NCBI RefSeq assembly: GCF_009914755.1
Contig: NC_060941.1
DNA from: the human T2T-CHM13v2.0 reference genome, Homo sapiens
Reading direction: 5' to 3' (one strand)
DNA: 64,000 bases
Every line of letters begins with the position of its first letter. The stretch's first letter is position 1. The notes under the pieces are model-generated. The model did not search any database. It saw only the letters and a list, made by a program, of their open reading frames with translations, and was not told where the DNA came from. Both the position numbers and the translations under genes were made by a program. Of the stretch, positions 61,711 to 64,000 are shown piece after piece.

Positions 61711-63271
61711 TAAACTCCTGGGCTCAAGTGATCCACTTGCCTCAGCCTCCTAACGTGCTGAGATTACAGGTGTGAGTCACTGCACCAGGCCAGGATTAAT
61801 TTTTTAACTATAAATAGAAATTCCAATTTTGTCTTCCCATACCCAAAAGGATCATCTTGCACACCCCTAGGTGCACACCCACTTTGGAAACCACTGTTCT
61901 AAAGGAAAAGCTATGCCGTCCTCCCTAGTCCCCGCCTCAACAGGGCATCCAGACAGGAATGGATCCAGACAGCTTTGCCTTCCCACCAGGACTAAACCAA
62001 GGCCTCCGTGAAGGACCAAGTTTCCTGGCCTCTTGCTCATCCCACAACCTCAAGACAGAAATTGAAGCCTCCTCCGCCACTACCACTACCATTACCACCA
62101 GCCTGGCCTGCGTTCATGTCAGATTGCCTTTCTAGAGGGCAGAGCCCCAAAACCTCTCTTGTAAGCAGCATCTGTTCCTCCACCTGGCCCAACAATTGCA
62201 CTTTCCCTTGCCTCCTGATTTTAGTCTGCCCACCTCCCTATTGGGGTGGGAAGTTCTGGAACCAGACAATTTTGTGTTGAAATCCTGGCTCAGCCACTTC
62301 ATGTGTGTGTCTTAGGCCAGTTAAATAACCTTGCCAAGCCTCAATTTCCTCATCTGTACAATAGGGATAACAACTTTGGGAGAGGACAGAGGTAGAGTGG
62401 CTGCCATGTGCCAGGCACACAGAAGGTGTTCTATAAACGCAGTTCCCTTCTGGGAGTAGGTCTAGGCAGGTTCTAGCTAGGTGCCAGCGGGCCGTGGGTG
62501 GTTAGTCCTTATCTCTGGCTGTCTGCTGTGTCCTGGCTGACTTCAGGTTCTCCTGCGGAAGGCAGGATCCACCCCAGGGCTTCTGGAGCCCCAGGTATCT
62601 GTTACAGATAGCATGTCCTCTTCTCGCTGCCCACACACTCTTTACTGGCACCTTGCCCACATCCATCTGTGCCACCCACTTCTCTTTTCCTCCTCTCCCT
62701 CCAGCACCTCCACTGAAGTGCCAAGGGCTTTGATATGGGCATCACGTGAGGGGCCAGTAACAGGTGGCCCATCGCCAAAGTGGGGAAGAGCTTGCAAAAG
62801 TCGGTGCATCGGGGTGTGGGGTGCATGCCTGTAGTCCCAGCTACTCAGGAGGCTGAGGCAGGAGGACCCCTTAAGCTCAGGAGTTCAAGACCAGCCTGGG
62901 CAACATAGTGATACCCCAATCTCTCATAATAGTAATAGTAGTAATAATAATAATTTTTAAAAGTCAGTGCAAACCCTGGGAGTGGGGGGAGTCCTGCTAA
63001 CCACCCCAATGACCCAGTGTCTATTGCTGGAGCCCCCCTACAAGCCAACCATAATTTGAAGTGTCCCTGTAGACCCTGGACAGGGCAGAGATTGATGAGG
63101 GAGTGGGTGAGGGAGTGCAGGAAGCTTCTGAACAGTAGGAGTTGAAGAGGGGATCAAAGCAGAAAGTAGACGCAGTTAGATGCCCTGGGGACCGCATGAG
63201 GCACTTGAGTTGCTCTTTGGAGACAGATCAGAGGAGTGTCCCCGCTTGAACTAGTGACCTGGAGGAGAGCT

Positions 63272-63890
63272 GTACATATACATACACCATGCATGCGTGC
63301 ACACACTCACATATACAGACACACACACACACTCACATATACACACTCACCCTACACACACACACTCAGACACACTCATACACATACACCACTCTCACAC
63401 ACTCACATATACACACACACATATCCCTACACACACTCACATACACGCACAGGCACAGGCACTCAAATACACACATACACACACTCACACACTCACATAT
63501 ACATACACTACACACACACTCAGACACACATACATATACACTCACATACACACATAAACACACACATACACCTACACACTCACATACACACAGACACACT
63601 CAGACACACACACTCAAATACACACATATATAACACTCATACACACATTTACCCATTTGAGTACACACACACACACAGATACATACACACTTATATGTAC
63701 ACACATACATACATGCATACACTGACATACACATACACATACACTCACAGACACTCTTGGATACACACTCTTGGACACACACATACACATACACTCAAAC
63801 ACAGACACTCATACACACACCCTCATACACACACTCATAGACACACTCTCACATACACATACTCACACATACACTCATGTATGCACACAT
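63272..63890. repeat. ~620-bp degenerate (CA)n/(CACT)(CATA) low-complexity repeat
   Basis: Read directly; explains the His/Thr and Cys/Val pseudo-ORFs. Confidence 0.93.
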
Positions 63891-64000
63891 CCTATGCTGC
63901 TTCCCTCCCCGCTTGTCCTGGACCAACGCAGTGCTTACAGAGTAGATTGGAGCCCAGACAGAAGAGGGGGCCAGGGCTGTGGAGAACACTGGGTGGCCTC

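Noticed and set aside
63289-63808. His/Thr-rich and Cys/Val-rich ORFs
   Set aside because: Translations of the (CA)n low-complexity tract.

Overview
Repeat-rich mammalian (almost certainly human) DNA, recognisable from the encoded proteins as the CD300LG-MPP2 locus (17q21.31 from recall). The + strand carries the 3' part of CD300LG (nepmucin): two mucin-stalk exons, the TM exon, cytoplasmic exons, an alternative last exon and a 3' UTR ending near 14190. Its Ig-domain exons lie upstream of the window. The - strand carries the complete MAGUK gene MPP2. I assembled 12 coding exons with GT-AG boundaries totalling 1659 nt (552 aa plus stop; L27-L27-PDZ-SH3-HOOK-GK). MPP2 also has a 72-nt cassette exon inside an old L1, three alternative first exons and a ~2.4 kb 3' UTR. 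Between the convergent genes is a heavily deleted HERV-K(HML-6)/LTR3-type provirus (22581-25396) inserted in an L1. The rest is Alu, L1, MIR, MaLR/ERVL LTR, DNA-transposon and simple-repeat sequence. I see no evidence for a wholly new multi-gene system. The most unusual observations are the aberrant right end of the provirus (3' LTR, then AG-TGGCG primer-site remnant, then a second divergent U5 end, then the TSD), its patchwork internal deletions, the L1-derived MPP2 exon, RFX X-boxes in MPP2 5' introns, and an NRF1/CCAAT CpG patch inside an MPP2 intron. Repeat family names come from recalled consensus sequences, and repeat coordinates are approximate.
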